Of a stretch of DNA of 52,088 nt, positions 18,811 through 28,488 are shown in pieces. The first letter of the stretch is position 1. Each line of letters starts with the position of its first letter. Position numbers and translations under genes: made by a program. Location: positions 32,329-84,416 of the forward strand of contig DBHI01000120.1 of NCBI GenBank assembly GCA_002296125.1, read 5' to 3'. The notes below the pieces were generated by a model. It did no database searches. It was not told the DNA's origin and was given only the letters and a program-made list of their open reading frames with translations. This DNA is from Anaerolineales bacterium UBA832 (lineage in GTDB: Bacteria; Chloroflexota; Anaerolineae; Anaerolineales; UBA11657).

Positions 18811-20570
18811 AATCTAATAAGTTTATACACGCTACATTGTTGCTACCAGCATGGAAGGTTATGTTGTGTTTATTAATGTCATTGCATTTTATTTTAATTC
18901 CTTTGTTTTTAGAACAATACGATACCGTGATGACATATTCTCCAACCATAGTGCAACATGCAGATCCAGTGTTTACACATATTCCAATTCTTAGGAAGTT
19001 GTTAGGTGGTATTCCATCATTTGGAGATCAATTTGTTTTGTTGGAAGATGTTGAAGTTAATATTAATGCATGGCCTAGATTACCTTATTATTTGATGTCG
19101 TTAATTAGCTATCCTGTGATGAATCACTTAGATGTAATACCACTTGTATCTACAGTCTTGTTAACACCAGTTCATGCAGCATTGTTGTATGTTTGGGTAC
19201 GCCGTATTACTGGTTCCATATCAGTATCTATATTGGGTTCTAGTGTTGCTTTATTGTTTAGAGAACTTTTTGTTTTGCAGCCATGGCATTGGGTAAATGT
19301 TAATCAGATCAAAGGTTTGTTGAATTCACCATTTTTTTCTAATGCACTTATTCATCCACAAATTTCGTTTGGTGTTTGTTGTTTTTCATTGATACTTATA
19401 TATCAATTTATGATGAGACCAAGTAAAAAACTGTGTATTGGTATAGGGATTGTATATGGAGTTAGTTTTTACACTTATTTTTATTTATGGACTTATCTTA
19501 CATTACTACTTGGCTTAATAGGTATATATTTATTGTTTCAACGTGATATTGCATCAATTAGCTTGATGCTTAAAGCAGTATGTCTGGCACTGGTAATTTC
19601 GACATTTTATTGGATGGATTATTGGCAGTTTTCTCAGACCGCAGGTTTTGTAGATTTTCAAGACAGGTTCGCTCTTAGTAGGATACCGGATTTGACAGAA
19701 AGATTAGTTAATTTACGACCACATTTAATTACTGTATTATTTTTCATTTTTGTTATTAGTAGAAGAAGTAAACAATATCTATACTTATTGTTGGTCGTTG
19801 TAGCTGCTGAAATATTGTGGAAGGCTCCAATTGTGATTGGTCGAGATTATCAAAGTTTGCATTATGCATATCATTTTTTTGGGCCATTTGTAGCAATTGT
19901 GTTTATGTTTTTATTGCGAGAATTGCTGTTCAAGATTGTACAACCAAACTCATTTTTTGTAGCGGGAATCGTATTTATTAGTGCGATTGTTGTGACGAGC
20001 ATTGGATTATATAGATCTTATCAATATTCTTTGAGTAATCATACTGCATTTTCTATTGAAAAGGATGTTTATGATGCTTATGAATTTGTGCAAAATAATG
20101 TTTCTGCAGGATCTATCATTGTGGTGGCAGATCCTGAAGTTAACATGAGAATACGTAATGTTGCACCAGTATATGTTTATGTTCCCTCAGGATATGGTAC
20201 ATTCGCAACTACTGATGAGATGTTAACTAGATATATAGAAATGAAAAAGTTTTATGGTATCGATTTGGATTATTCTTTGGATTACAAATGGTATGATTCC
20301 ATTCATGACGAATATATTGAGCCTGGATTATTGGAAACTAGTAGATGGTTGTTTAATGGATCTTTAAAATATAGTGACAATATATTAAGGGAGGAAGCTA
20401 TTGTTTCAGTAAATGATTCGCGACAATTTAAATCTTTGACTTATGACGCTGATTTGGTATGGTTTGGTCCCTATGAGAAGGCTGTTAGCGATATTAATAT
20501 AAATAAATTACAAGATCTAACGCTTGTGTATTCTAACAATTCGGTAGATTTGTACAAATTTGCTAAATGA
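18807..20570 (+). CDS. Polytopic membrane protein with a ~190-aa C-terminal soluble domain, putative GT-C-type glycosyltransferase
   Basis: ATGA overlap with the upstream gene. 587 aa with about 11 hydrophobic segments. C-terminal EKDVYDAYEFVQNNVSAGSIIVVADPEVNMRIRNVAPVYVY has the same layout as the tails of 7669..9330 and 16999..18810. Confidence 0.4.
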   Translation: MKSNKFIHATLLLPAWKVMLCLLMSLHFILIPLFLEQYDTVMTYSPTIVQHADPVFTHIPILRKLLGGIPSFGDQFVLLEDVEVNINAWPRLPYYLMSLISYPVMNHLDVIPLVSTVLLTPVHAALLYVWVRRITGSISVSILGSSVALLFRELFVLQPWHWVNVNQIKGLLNSPFFSNALIHPQISFGVCCFSLILIYQFMMRPSKKLCIGIGIVYGVSFYTYFYLWTYLTLLLGLIGIYLLFQRDIASISLMLKAVCLALVISTFYWMDYWQFSQTAGFVDFQDRFALSRIPDLTERLVNLRPHLITVLFFIFVISRRSKQYLYLLLVVVAAEILWKAPIVIGRDYQSLHYAYHFFGPFVAIVFMFLLRELLFKIVQPNSFFVAGIVFISAIVVTSIGLYRSYQYSLSNHTAFSIEKDVYDAYEFVQNNVSAGSIIVVADPEVNMRIRNVAPVYVYVPSGYGTFATTDEMLTRYIEMKKFYGIDLDYSLDYKWYDSIHDEYIEPGLLETSRWLFNGSLKYSDNILREEAIVSVNDSRQFKSLTYDADLVWFGPYEKAVSDININKLQDLTLVYSNNSVDLYKFAK

Positions 20571-20601
20571 TCATTTGTTTTTTTGAGTTAATTATCACAA
20601 T

Positions 20602-21729
20602 ATGAGAATTGGAATAGATGGAATTCATATTTCCCGTAATATGAAAGGTATAGGGCGAGTAGAGACTAGTATTGTAGAAACTCTAGCGAGTCACACATTT
20701 TTACATGAATTTGTTGTTCTAACAGATAAGGAGCATAGTCAGTTGGGTTTACCGGAATCTGATTCAATTTCTTATTATGTAGATCAATGTAGAACTTTGT
20801 TGGAATGGGAACAGATAAGACTACCTAGAGCAATTAGAAAACTTAAGATTGATTGTTTGATTACTTTGGCTGATCGTATTCCACACAGTTCTTTATGTCC
20901 AATTATTATGTATCTTTTTGAGATTCCTGAGATACGTAGGCGTTTGTCAATTGAAAGAGGTAGTGCAGGTAGGTATCAATTGTTTAGTGATTTGTTCACC
21001 AAATTTGTCTTTCCTATGAGTTTGAAAAAATCTAGATATATTGCTGTGTCTTCTGAATTCACTAGAAAGGAATTAACAAGTAATTATCAAGTTGATCCTA
21101 GTAAAATCAGTGTTGTGCCTGCTGCTATTAGTAAACGATTTTTTTGTTCTAGTATTGATCAATTTCATCGGTCAAGTATGCAACATCGTTTTGATGCTAG
21201 TGATGGATATGTGGTAAGTTTTTCCTCAGGTGATGTGCGAGAGAATATTGAGATTAGCCTTTGTGCGTTTGCTGAAGCTAATATATCAAAAAATATAAAG
21301 ATGATTTTAGTTGGTGATGTATATCCACAAAATATTATAAACCAATTAGATTTACAAGATAGAGTGTTATCTGTTGGTTATGTGTCCGATGATGAATTGT
21401 TGGACATTTATAGAGGAGCCGATGCTTATCTGGATGCGTCATTGTATGAAGGTTTTGGCTTACAGGTACTCGAAGCTATGGCGTGCGGTGTTCCTGTATT
21501 GTGCTCAGAAATTGATTCTCTTCTTGAAATTGTTGGTGAAAGTGCTTTGACTTATAATTGTACAGATGTTGTTGGTTTCAGTAAAGGATTAGAATTAGTG
21601 TTTAATAGTAATATTCAATCAAAACAAATGATAGATAAGGGATTGAGTTTAGCAAGTCAGTACTCCTGGTTAGATACAGTAATGAACTTGATAGAATTGT
21701 GTGAATTGTCTTCAAATTCAATTGACTAA
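20602..21729 (+). CDS. GT4-family glycosyltransferase
   Basis: MRIGIDGIHISRNMKGIGR..., SLYEGFGLQVLEAMACGVPVLCSEIDSLLEIVGESAL. Confidence 0.85.
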   Translation: MRIGIDGIHISRNMKGIGRVETSIVETLASHTFLHEFVVLTDKEHSQLGLPESDSISYYVDQCRTLLEWEQIRLPRAIRKLKIDCLITLADRIPHSSLCPIIMYLFEIPEIRRRLSIERGSAGRYQLFSDLFTKFVFPMSLKKSRYIAVSSEFTRKELTSNYQVDPSKISVVPAAISKRFFCSSIDQFHRSSMQHRFDASDGYVVSFSSGDVRENIEISLCAFAEANISKNIKMILVGDVYPQNIINQLDLQDRVLSVGYVSDDELLDIYRGADAYLDASLYEGFGLQVLEAMACGVPVLCSEIDSLLEIVGESALTYNCTDVVGFSKGLELVFNSNIQSKQMIDKGLSLASQYSWLDTVMNLIELCELSSNSID

Positions 21730-21732
21730 ATT

Positions 21733-22902
21733 ATGCCTTTGCAAAAAGATTGTAAATCTGTTTGTATATTAACTGAAATTGTTTCTCCATATCGTATTCC
21801 TGTATTTAATGTACTGTCTCAGACTCCAGATATTGATTTAGAAGTTTTGTTTTTTTCTAAGTCAGAGGAACGTAGATCGTGGAGTATTTCTTGGGAGAAA
21901 ATTAAGTTTAAATATAAAATCTTGTTTGGATTTTTATTTTCTAGGCGGTATCAGGATGGACCAATATTTTTTAATCCTACAATAATTTATTATTTGTTTA
22001 GGAATAGATATCATTCTGTCATATGTTTTGGGTATCATCATCCAACTATTTGGTTGACACTGTTGCTGAACTATATTATTGGATCACGGATGTTACTATG
22101 GAGTGAAAGTACGATTAAAGATCATCGTGATACAAACAAAATTGTGCAGTTTTTCAAACGTTTATTGATTTCCAGATTTGATGGTTTTATAGCTGCGGGT
22201 AGGTCGCAAGTAGAATATCTTGAACATCTTGGTGCACGTCGAGATCAAATTTGGATTGCACCTGATTCAGTAGATTCTGATTTTTTCATTAGTGAATCAG
22301 AATTATATAGAAATAAAAAGAATCAAATCAAGAGTGATTTGGGTATTCAAGGCCCTATCATATTGTATGTTGGTCGTTTGATAGATGACAAGGGAATACC
22401 TGAATTGATTGATGCATTTGAACAAGTTTTCAGTGAAGAGAATGTTACATTGATATTGGTAGGTGATGGTCCTGATTTTGGCAAATATAGAGATTATTGT
22501 AAAGAAAATGATATTTCAGCAATTCAATTTAAAGGTTTTTGTTTACAAAAACACTTGCCACGTTACTATGCTATTTCTGATTTTTTCGTATTTCCCACTA
22601 GAAGTGACCCATGGGGACTAGTGATAAATGAAGCAATGTGTGCGGGTCTGCCTATTGTTTGTTCTACTGCGGCTGGTGCTTCTGCAGATCTAGTGATTCA
22701 TGGAGAGAATGGTTTGTTGCATGAACCGGGTGAAGTTTCTGTTTTACGGAATCATATGCTTACATTACTTAGAGATGAAAACATGCGCCTGAGTATGGGT
22801 ATTAAATCTAAGGAAATTATAGCGGGATTTCATCCAAATATAATGGCTCAAGGTATGCTTGAATCTATTTTACAATTAGAGAACAAAGTTCATTCAGGAT
22901 GA
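21733..22902 (+). CDS. GT4-family glycosyltransferase
   Basis: GRLIDDKGIPELI...LVGDGPD, and TRSDPWGLVINEAMCAGLPIVCSTAAGASADLVIHGENGLL. Confidence 0.85.
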   Translation: MPLQKDCKSVCILTEIVSPYRIPVFNVLSQTPDIDLEVLFFSKSEERRSWSISWEKIKFKYKILFGFLFSRRYQDGPIFFNPTIIYYLFRNRYHSVICFGYHHPTIWLTLLLNYIIGSRMLLWSESTIKDHRDTNKIVQFFKRLLISRFDGFIAAGRSQVEYLEHLGARRDQIWIAPDSVDSDFFISESELYRNKKNQIKSDLGIQGPIILYVGRLIDDKGIPELIDAFEQVFSEENVTLILVGDGPDFGKYRDYCKENDISAIQFKGFCLQKHLPRYYAISDFFVFPTRSDPWGLVINEAMCAGLPIVCSTAAGASADLVIHGENGLLHEPGEVSVLRNHMLTLLRDENMRLSMGIKSKEIIAGFHPNIMAQGMLESILQLENKVHSG

Positions 22903-22903
22903 T

Positions 22904-24340
22904 ATGCGCAGTACATTTATTGATTCTCCTAAATTGATTTTGACAGTATTTGTTACGTTGTTGGTGATCATATTTCAATCTACACAAGAATTTCCAGGTA
23001 TATATTTTGATGAATTCAGAATAGTTATGGTTAGTGACTGGGAATGGAGTATATCTTTTGCAAATATTAATAGGATCATTTCTTTCCGTACCATTTTTTC
23101 TTATTTGCGTTGGGTAGCATTAGTTTCTATTATTTTGTTTGCAGCATACGATTCGTTTACTAAGCATAAAATTCCACGATCAGTCAACAAAGCTGATATC
23201 AGTATTCTTATGTTTATTATAGTTGCTACTATATCTTGTTTATATTCAATCAATGTTACTAAATCAATTATGCGAGTTATATCACTTGTCTTGATGTATT
23301 TGGCAGTTTTTTGGGGAATATGGTTATATGCAGATAGGTATGGTGATAAATCTGTGATACATACTATTGTCATAGTTGTAACCATTGTGTTTGTATTACA
23401 CATACTGAATATATTTTTTGATAGATTAGGTTCATTTCCTTATTTTGGTAGATTTCAAGGTTGGACAATTAATCCTGGAATTGCTGCTAGTCATGCTTCT
23501 CTATTTTTCCCAATAGTACTTTACGTTTCTTTACAGTCAAGTAAATGGCAGTATTGGTTGTTGATAGCTGCTATGATTTTTGTTTTGATTATGTCTCAGA
23601 CACGTACTGAAATTGTTGCTATGTCTATTGGTTCATTATATTTTGTGTTTCGCAGCTACCCGAAGCATAGATTCATTAGTGTTTTATCTGTAACATTGAT
23701 TCTTGTAATTTCGTATGCGTGGATAGAAATTGGTCCCAGAATTTATCCTAAAAATGTAGATTTTGACATACGTCATTTGTTTGGATCTGAAATTGTAGTT
23801 CAAGATAATAGTCTGGATAAATACTTGAGTTTGGACGATGATATAGATAATTGGTATGATCGATTTAATCCACGTACAGCTGATGCTAGAACTTTGGCGC
23901 ATCGTACTGATAAATGGAGGTTGGGTTTGACATATTTTGTTGAGCGGCCATTTCATGGTTTTGGTTTTGGTACAGAAGATCAATTATTTGAATATCATGG
24001 TGTTGAGCCGCAGAATTATCAACTAAGTGGTGCATATATGCATAATTCTTATTTGGGTTTATTACTACAGGTTGGTTTGCTTGGAGCATTTTTGTTTTAC
24101 GCACCAATTGGCTTTTTGGTTTGGAGTGTGATCTTTCGCCATTATGAATGGCCAGACAATTATTTGCGTGATGCTTTGATATCAGTGGTCTTGACTTGTC
24201 TAATAGCTGGATTGTTTTCCAGTGATTTATATTCTATGGGTAACATTAAGAGTATTATATTTTGGATAAGTATTATGATGTTGATTCGTTCAAGAAGAGT
24301 ACAAACGCAGATACAAGATATACAATCAGGATCTATTTGA
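22904..24340 (+). CDS. Wzy_C / O-antigen-ligase-like polytopic membrane protein (polymerase or ligase), paralog 1
   Basis: At least 10 hydrophobic segments. VLIMSQTRTEIVAM, then an external loop, HRTDKWRLGL...FHGFGFGTED, and MHNSYLGLLLQVGLLGAFLF, matching the RfaL/Wzy_C pattern. Confidence 0.7.
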   Translation: MRSTFIDSPKLILTVFVTLLVIIFQSTQEFPGIYFDEFRIVMVSDWEWSISFANINRIISFRTIFSYLRWVALVSIILFAAYDSFTKHKIPRSVNKADISILMFIIVATISCLYSINVTKSIMRVISLVLMYLAVFWGIWLYADRYGDKSVIHTIVIVVTIVFVLHILNIFFDRLGSFPYFGRFQGWTINPGIAASHASLFFPIVLYVSLQSSKWQYWLLIAAMIFVLIMSQTRTEIVAMSIGSLYFVFRSYPKHRFISVLSVTLILVISYAWIEIGPRIYPKNVDFDIRHLFGSEIVVQDNSLDKYLSLDDDIDNWYDRFNPRTADARTLAHRTDKWRLGLTYFVERPFHGFGFGTEDQLFEYHGVEPQNYQLSGAYMHNSYLGLLLQVGLLGAFLFYAPIGFLVWSVIFRHYEWPDNYLRDALISVVLTCLIAGLFSSDLYSMGNIKSIIFWISIMMLIRSRRVQTQIQDIQSGSI

Positions 24341-24355
24341 GATAAGTTTAAATAA

Positions 24356-25972
24356 ATGACAAACGTAAAAATGTCTCGCAAAACATCTTGGTTTATGACA
24401 GTTGGGATGTTAATGCTGATATTACCACATTATAGTTTTATTCCTATTGTAGATTTTGTTAATTTACATATTGATGTAGTGAGTGAAATAGTGTGGTATT
24501 TTCAAAACGGTAATGTTGAGTATGTTATTTCTTTACGAGAAGTTTTATCTTATTTAAGATGGTTACCATTAATATTAATGGTGATATATGTGGTTTGGAT
24601 TGTAATAAATCGACGTATGTTGACGCGGTCAGTGTACAAAGCTGATAAGTATGCGATTGTTTTCTTAAGCTTTAGTGTTATATCTTGTATTTATTCTATA
24701 GATCCGAGAATGACTTTATTGAGATCTGCTTCCCTTTGGTTAATGTATCTAGCAGTTTTTTGGGGTGTTTGGTTCTTTGTTGATATTTTTGGAGTAGAAT
24801 CTATTATTCGTGTGATATTAAACACTGCTTCTATTGTGTTTGTTGTACATATCTTTTTTGCTGTAATGTATCCACAAGTTGCTTTTCCATATTTAGGTAG
24901 GTTTGAAGGTTGGACTATTAATCCAGGTACTGTTGCTGGTTATAGTGCCGTTGTGTTGCCCTTGGCACTTTGTTTTGCTTTGAAGAGTTCAAAAATTACT
25001 CATTGGTTGTTGGTTAGTGCAATTGTAGTTGTTTTAATTATGTCTCAGACACGTACTGAGTTGATTGCTTCAATGTGTGGATCTCTGTTTTTCTTACTCT
25101 TTGTTTTACCTAATAAGCGATTAGTTTCTGTTGTTTTAGTAAGTTGTGTATTTTTAGTAGCAACTATTTGGATTCAGTTTGGTTCTGTGTTATTTCCTCA
25201 AGGAACGGAATTTAGTTGGAATAGATTATTTGTATTTGAGTCAGTATACGAAAATAAATCAGATGACTTAACGTTTTTAGAGAAATTATCCATAGGTACA
25301 ACAGATGAGTCATTGTTTATTAGTGATGATATACAGGATTTAGAAAATATAGATGAGTCATTGTTTGTTGGTGATAATACACAGGATTTAGAAAATAAAG
25401 ATGTATTGATTCCAGAAGACATGAGTCAATCTACAGAAAAGGTAGATAGAGATTCTAGTAATCAAATAGGAACAATTACAAATATTAGAACTTTAAGAAG
25501 AGATAATCCACGAATTCAACATATTACAACTTTGTCTAGTCGTACTGAAAAATGGATGGCTGGATTACAGTATTTGATTCAGAGACCTTTGTTAGGATAT
25601 GGTTTTGGTACAGAAGATAAGTTGTTTGCCTATCATGGGGTACAAGAAAACTTGTATGTTAGGACAGGATCATATCTACATAATGCTTATTTGGGTTTAG
25701 CTTTACAATTGGGTCTAATAGGGGCTCTATTATTGTATTTGCCATTACTTATACTGTTTGTCAATACGGTACGTATATCAATTAATTTCAGCACAGATGA
25801 TTTCAATATAGCTTGTTTGAGTGTACTTTTAGTTGGTATGATATCAGCAGTAGCTTCAAGTGATATTTATTCTATGGGAAACTCTAAAAGTGTTCCATTT
25901 TGGATAAGTGTAATGCTTTTGGTAAGGTATAACTTGGATGCAAAATTTGTTAAGAAGATCACATTTGAATAG
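24356..25972 (+). CDS. Wzy_C / O-antigen-ligase-like polytopic membrane protein, paralog 2, with an expanded acidic loop
   Basis: Colinear with paralog 1: LMYLAVFWGVW, PYLGRFEGWTINPG, VLIMSQTRTELIAS, SRTEKWMAGL...GYGFGTED, LHNAYLGLALQLGLIGALLL. It has about 60 extra residues in the large loop. Confidence 0.7.
   Translation: MTNVKMSRKTSWFMTVGMLMLILPHYSFIPIVDFVNLHIDVVSEIVWYFQNGNVEYVISLREVLSYLRWLPLILMVIYVVWIVINRRMLTRSVYKADKYAIVFLSFSVISCIYSIDPRMTLLRSASLWLMYLAVFWGVWFFVDIFGVESIIRVILNTASIVFVVHIFFAVMYPQVAFPYLGRFEGWTINPGTVAGYSAVVLPLALCFALKSSKITHWLLVSAIVVVLIMSQTRTELIASMCGSLFFLLFVLPNKRLVSVVLVSCVFLVATIWIQFGSVLFPQGTEFSWNRLFVFESVYENKSDDLTFLEKLSIGTTDESLFISDDIQDLENIDESLFVGDNTQDLENKDVLIPEDMSQSTEKVDRDSSNQIGTITNIRTLRRDNPRIQHITTLSSRTEKWMAGLQYLIQRPLLGYGFGTEDKLFAYHGVQENLYVRTGSYLHNAYLGLALQLGLIGALLLYLPLLILFVNTVRISINFSTDDFNIACLSVLLVGMISAVASSDIYSMGNSKSVPFWISVMLLVRYNLDAKFVKKITFE
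25304..25399 (+). repeat. Two tandem copies of a 48-bp (16-codon) unit inside Wzy-like paralog 2
   Basis: 25304-25351 gatgagtcattgtttattagtgatgatatacaggatttagaaaatata versus 25352-25399 gatgagtcattgtttgttggtgataatacacaggatttagaaaataaa (43/48 identical). These encode DESLFISDDIQDLENI / DESLFVGDNTQDLENK. Confidence 0.9.
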
Positions 25973-25999
25973 ATATATAAATAGTAAGGTGTTGCAATT

Positions 26000-27313
26000 G
26001 TGCTAAACAATAAGATTCTAGGTGTTAAGTTAAGTGTTTGGATTATGTTGTTAATATTGTATCTAGGTTTAGTACTTAGGATGATAATTGCATACTATAG
26101 TAGTCCAGATGCTATGGGTGCTGATTTAAGAGGTGATTTACTTCATCATAGAGTAGCAGTGAACATTGTGAATGGTCATGGTTTTGTTATGAATGTTGGG
26201 GAGCCGTATTCATTTAACCCTCCAGGATATGCATATTTTTTAGCTGGATCATATGTTTTGTTTGGTAAGACTTGGTTTACAATTGCATTTATACAATCAT
26301 CACTTAGCATGTTATCTGTGGTATGTGTGTATCTTATAGCGTCGAAGATTTACAATAGAGTCTCAGCGTTAATTGCTGCTAGTTTTATGTCCTTTTACCC
26401 CTATTCTGTTTATCACTCTAGTCGTGTTATGGATACTACTTTGTTCACGTTTATGATGTTAGTTTCAGTCGCTTTAGTGATTTATTATTGGCGAACACGA
26501 AATTTGAAGTCTTGGATATTTATTGGATTAGTAATGGGATTAGCTTGTTTGGTTCGCACAACTATGCTGGCAGTTTGTATCGGTGTATTTATGTGGTTAA
26601 TTGTGGTTTTGGGATTCAGCAAAGGTAAGAAGTCTTTGTTAGCATGTGGTTTAGGGATAGTATGTATTGTGTTGCCTTGGACAATTAGAAATTTTGTTGT
26701 GGAGAGAGAATTCATATTTATTGATTCTAAAGGAATTCCTAATGCTTATATGGGCAACAATGAACTTACATTAGAATATATAGATAGTGGTAAGAGTTTG
26801 GACCAATTATGGCAAGATAGTAGGTTTGAAAGAGAACCCAAAGGTCTAAGTGGAGCAGATGAAAGAACTTGGTATATGTCCCAAATTGTAGATTTTGTTA
26901 GAAATAATCCAATGACTTATATAAAGTTATTATATAAAAAACTGTTTTTGTTTTGGAGCCCCTATATTAATCCTAATATGAGTACTGTTAAGGGTTTCGG
27001 AGACATTTTCTCTTTTTCAGAATTGGGTACAAAATTGTCTTTTGAGGATTTTAGGCGAATTTCATATACTATAAGTTATAGTGTTCTTAGCTTGTTTGCA
27101 ATATGTGGCTTTGTCTTATCATTAGGTCACATTAGTGAATCACGCTTGTTGTTATTAGTGTTGCTACTCTATACATTGGTGAATGTGCTAGTTTGGACGA
27201 GTACTAGATTGAGGATACCATTAGATTCAATACTTGCTATATTTGCGGGTTATGGCATGTTACGTACGGTTTTTGGAAAGTTTTATGAAAATATTATTCG
27301 TAACTCAGTATAA
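26000..27313 (+). CDS. ArnT/PMT-like GT-C glycosyltransferase (GT39/GT83-type, polyprenyl-phosphate-sugar dependent)
   Basis: GTG start 8 nt after AAGGTG. ADLRGDLLHHRVAVNIVNGHGF...NPPGYAYFLAGSYVLFG...SFMSFYPYSVYHSS is the typical N-terminal layout of ArnT/PMT_2 proteins. About 11 hydrophobic segments. Confidence 0.65.
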   Translation: MLNNKILGVKLSVWIMLLILYLGLVLRMIIAYYSSPDAMGADLRGDLLHHRVAVNIVNGHGFVMNVGEPYSFNPPGYAYFLAGSYVLFGKTWFTIAFIQSSLSMLSVVCVYLIASKIYNRVSALIAASFMSFYPYSVYHSSRVMDTTLFTFMMLVSVALVIYYWRTRNLKSWIFIGLVMGLACLVRTTMLAVCIGVFMWLIVVLGFSKGKKSLLACGLGIVCIVLPWTIRNFVVEREFIFIDSKGIPNAYMGNNELTLEYIDSGKSLDQLWQDSRFEREPKGLSGADERTWYMSQIVDFVRNNPMTYIKLLYKKLFLFWSPYINPNMSTVKGFGDIFSFSELGTKLSFEDFRRISYTISYSVLSLFAICGFVLSLGHISESRLLLLVLLLYTLVNVLVWTSTRLRIPLDSILAIFAGYGMLRTVFGKFYENIIRNSV

Positions 27314-28445
27314 TTTGTTTGATCCAAATGCAGGTGGTCCTGTTTTTAAGTTACGTTCACTTAGCAATTATTTAACTGATCTTGGACATAATGTTACTGT
27401 TATTACTGTAAATGCTGATTATGAATTTCTTAAAAAAGAAAGTGATTTTTTGTCTGAGTTAAACAATGAAGTAAAAATAGTAAGTTTACGTAGTATTTGT
27501 AGATTTAGATCAGTTACTATTAATCCAGGCATATTTTCAGCTGCTTGGAAAGAAATTAAAAGAGCTGATGTTGTACATATTTTCGGGTTGTATGATTTAT
27601 TGGGACCAATTGTGGCGTTTGTTGCTAAAATGCAGCACGTACCCTATTTGGTTGAGCCACTCGGTATGTTTGTGCCAATTATGCGGAGTTTTTTGATTAA
27701 AAGGATTTACCATTTTGTTTTTGGAACCTGGTTGGTGGATAATGCCTCATGTGTTGTAGTTACTTCCGAGCAAGAACGACAGGAGATTATCAATGAACGA
27801 AAACAATTGGGAAGAATAATAGTAAGGCGTAACGGTATAGATCTAAATGAATTTGATGATTTACCAGAAAGAGGTATGATTCGCAATCAGTTTGGTATTT
27901 CTCCGGACGAAACTATGTTGTTATTTCTGAGTAGATTGTCACCAAAAAAGAATCCTGAATTGTTGATCAGAGCTTTTGCTGAGTTACATAGACAAAATTT
28001 GAAACTCGTGTTTTCAGGTCCAGATGAATCTGGTTATCAGGAAGAACTTCAAATACTCATTAAACAGCTATGTGTAGGTGATGATATTGTATTTACTGGA
28101 CCATTGTTTGGTAAAGACAAGGTAGCAGCACTACATGATGCTGATATTTTTGTGTTACCTTCTAATAATGAAAATTTTGGCAATGTAGTAGCCGAATCAG
28201 TTGCTATAGGTACGCCAGTAATAATTTCTGATAGATGTGGTATAGCTCCATTTATCTCCGATAGAGTTGGTCTAGTGATTTCACCTACTAAGATTAATTT
28301 GGTAGATGCCATAACATACTTGTTAGATGACCGAGAATTATATCTAAGATTCAAAAAGGATTGCGCAAAAGTTTCTAATGATTTCTCGTGGAATGATCCG
28401 GTAAGTGAGTTGGAGAAAGTATATATATCTTTAACTGATGCCTGA
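27285..28445 (+). CDS. GT4-family glycosyltransferase
   Basis: I prefer the ATG at 27285 (MKILFVTQYNLFDPNAGGPV...); the ORF track starts at 27234. RLSPKKNPELL... and SNNENFGNVVAESVAIGTPVIISDRCGIAPFISDRVGLVI. Confidence 0.85.
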   Translation: MKILFVTQYNLFDPNAGGPVFKLRSLSNYLTDLGHNVTVITVNADYEFLKKESDFLSELNNEVKIVSLRSICRFRSVTINPGIFSAAWKEIKRADVVHIFGLYDLLGPIVAFVAKMQHVPYLVEPLGMFVPIMRSFLIKRIYHFVFGTWLVDNASCVVVTSEQERQEIINERKQLGRIIVRRNGIDLNEFDDLPERGMIRNQFGISPDETMLLFLSRLSPKKNPELLIRAFAELHRQNLKLVFSGPDESGYQEELQILIKQLCVGDDIVFTGPLFGKDKVAALHDADIFVLPSNNENFGNVVAESVAIGTPVIISDRCGIAPFISDRVGLVISPTKINLVDAITYLLDDRELYLRFKKDCAKVSNDFSWNDPVSELEKVYISLTDA

Positions 28446-28488
28446 TAATCATTTATTAAAATTTTATAAAATAATTATGTGATAAGTA

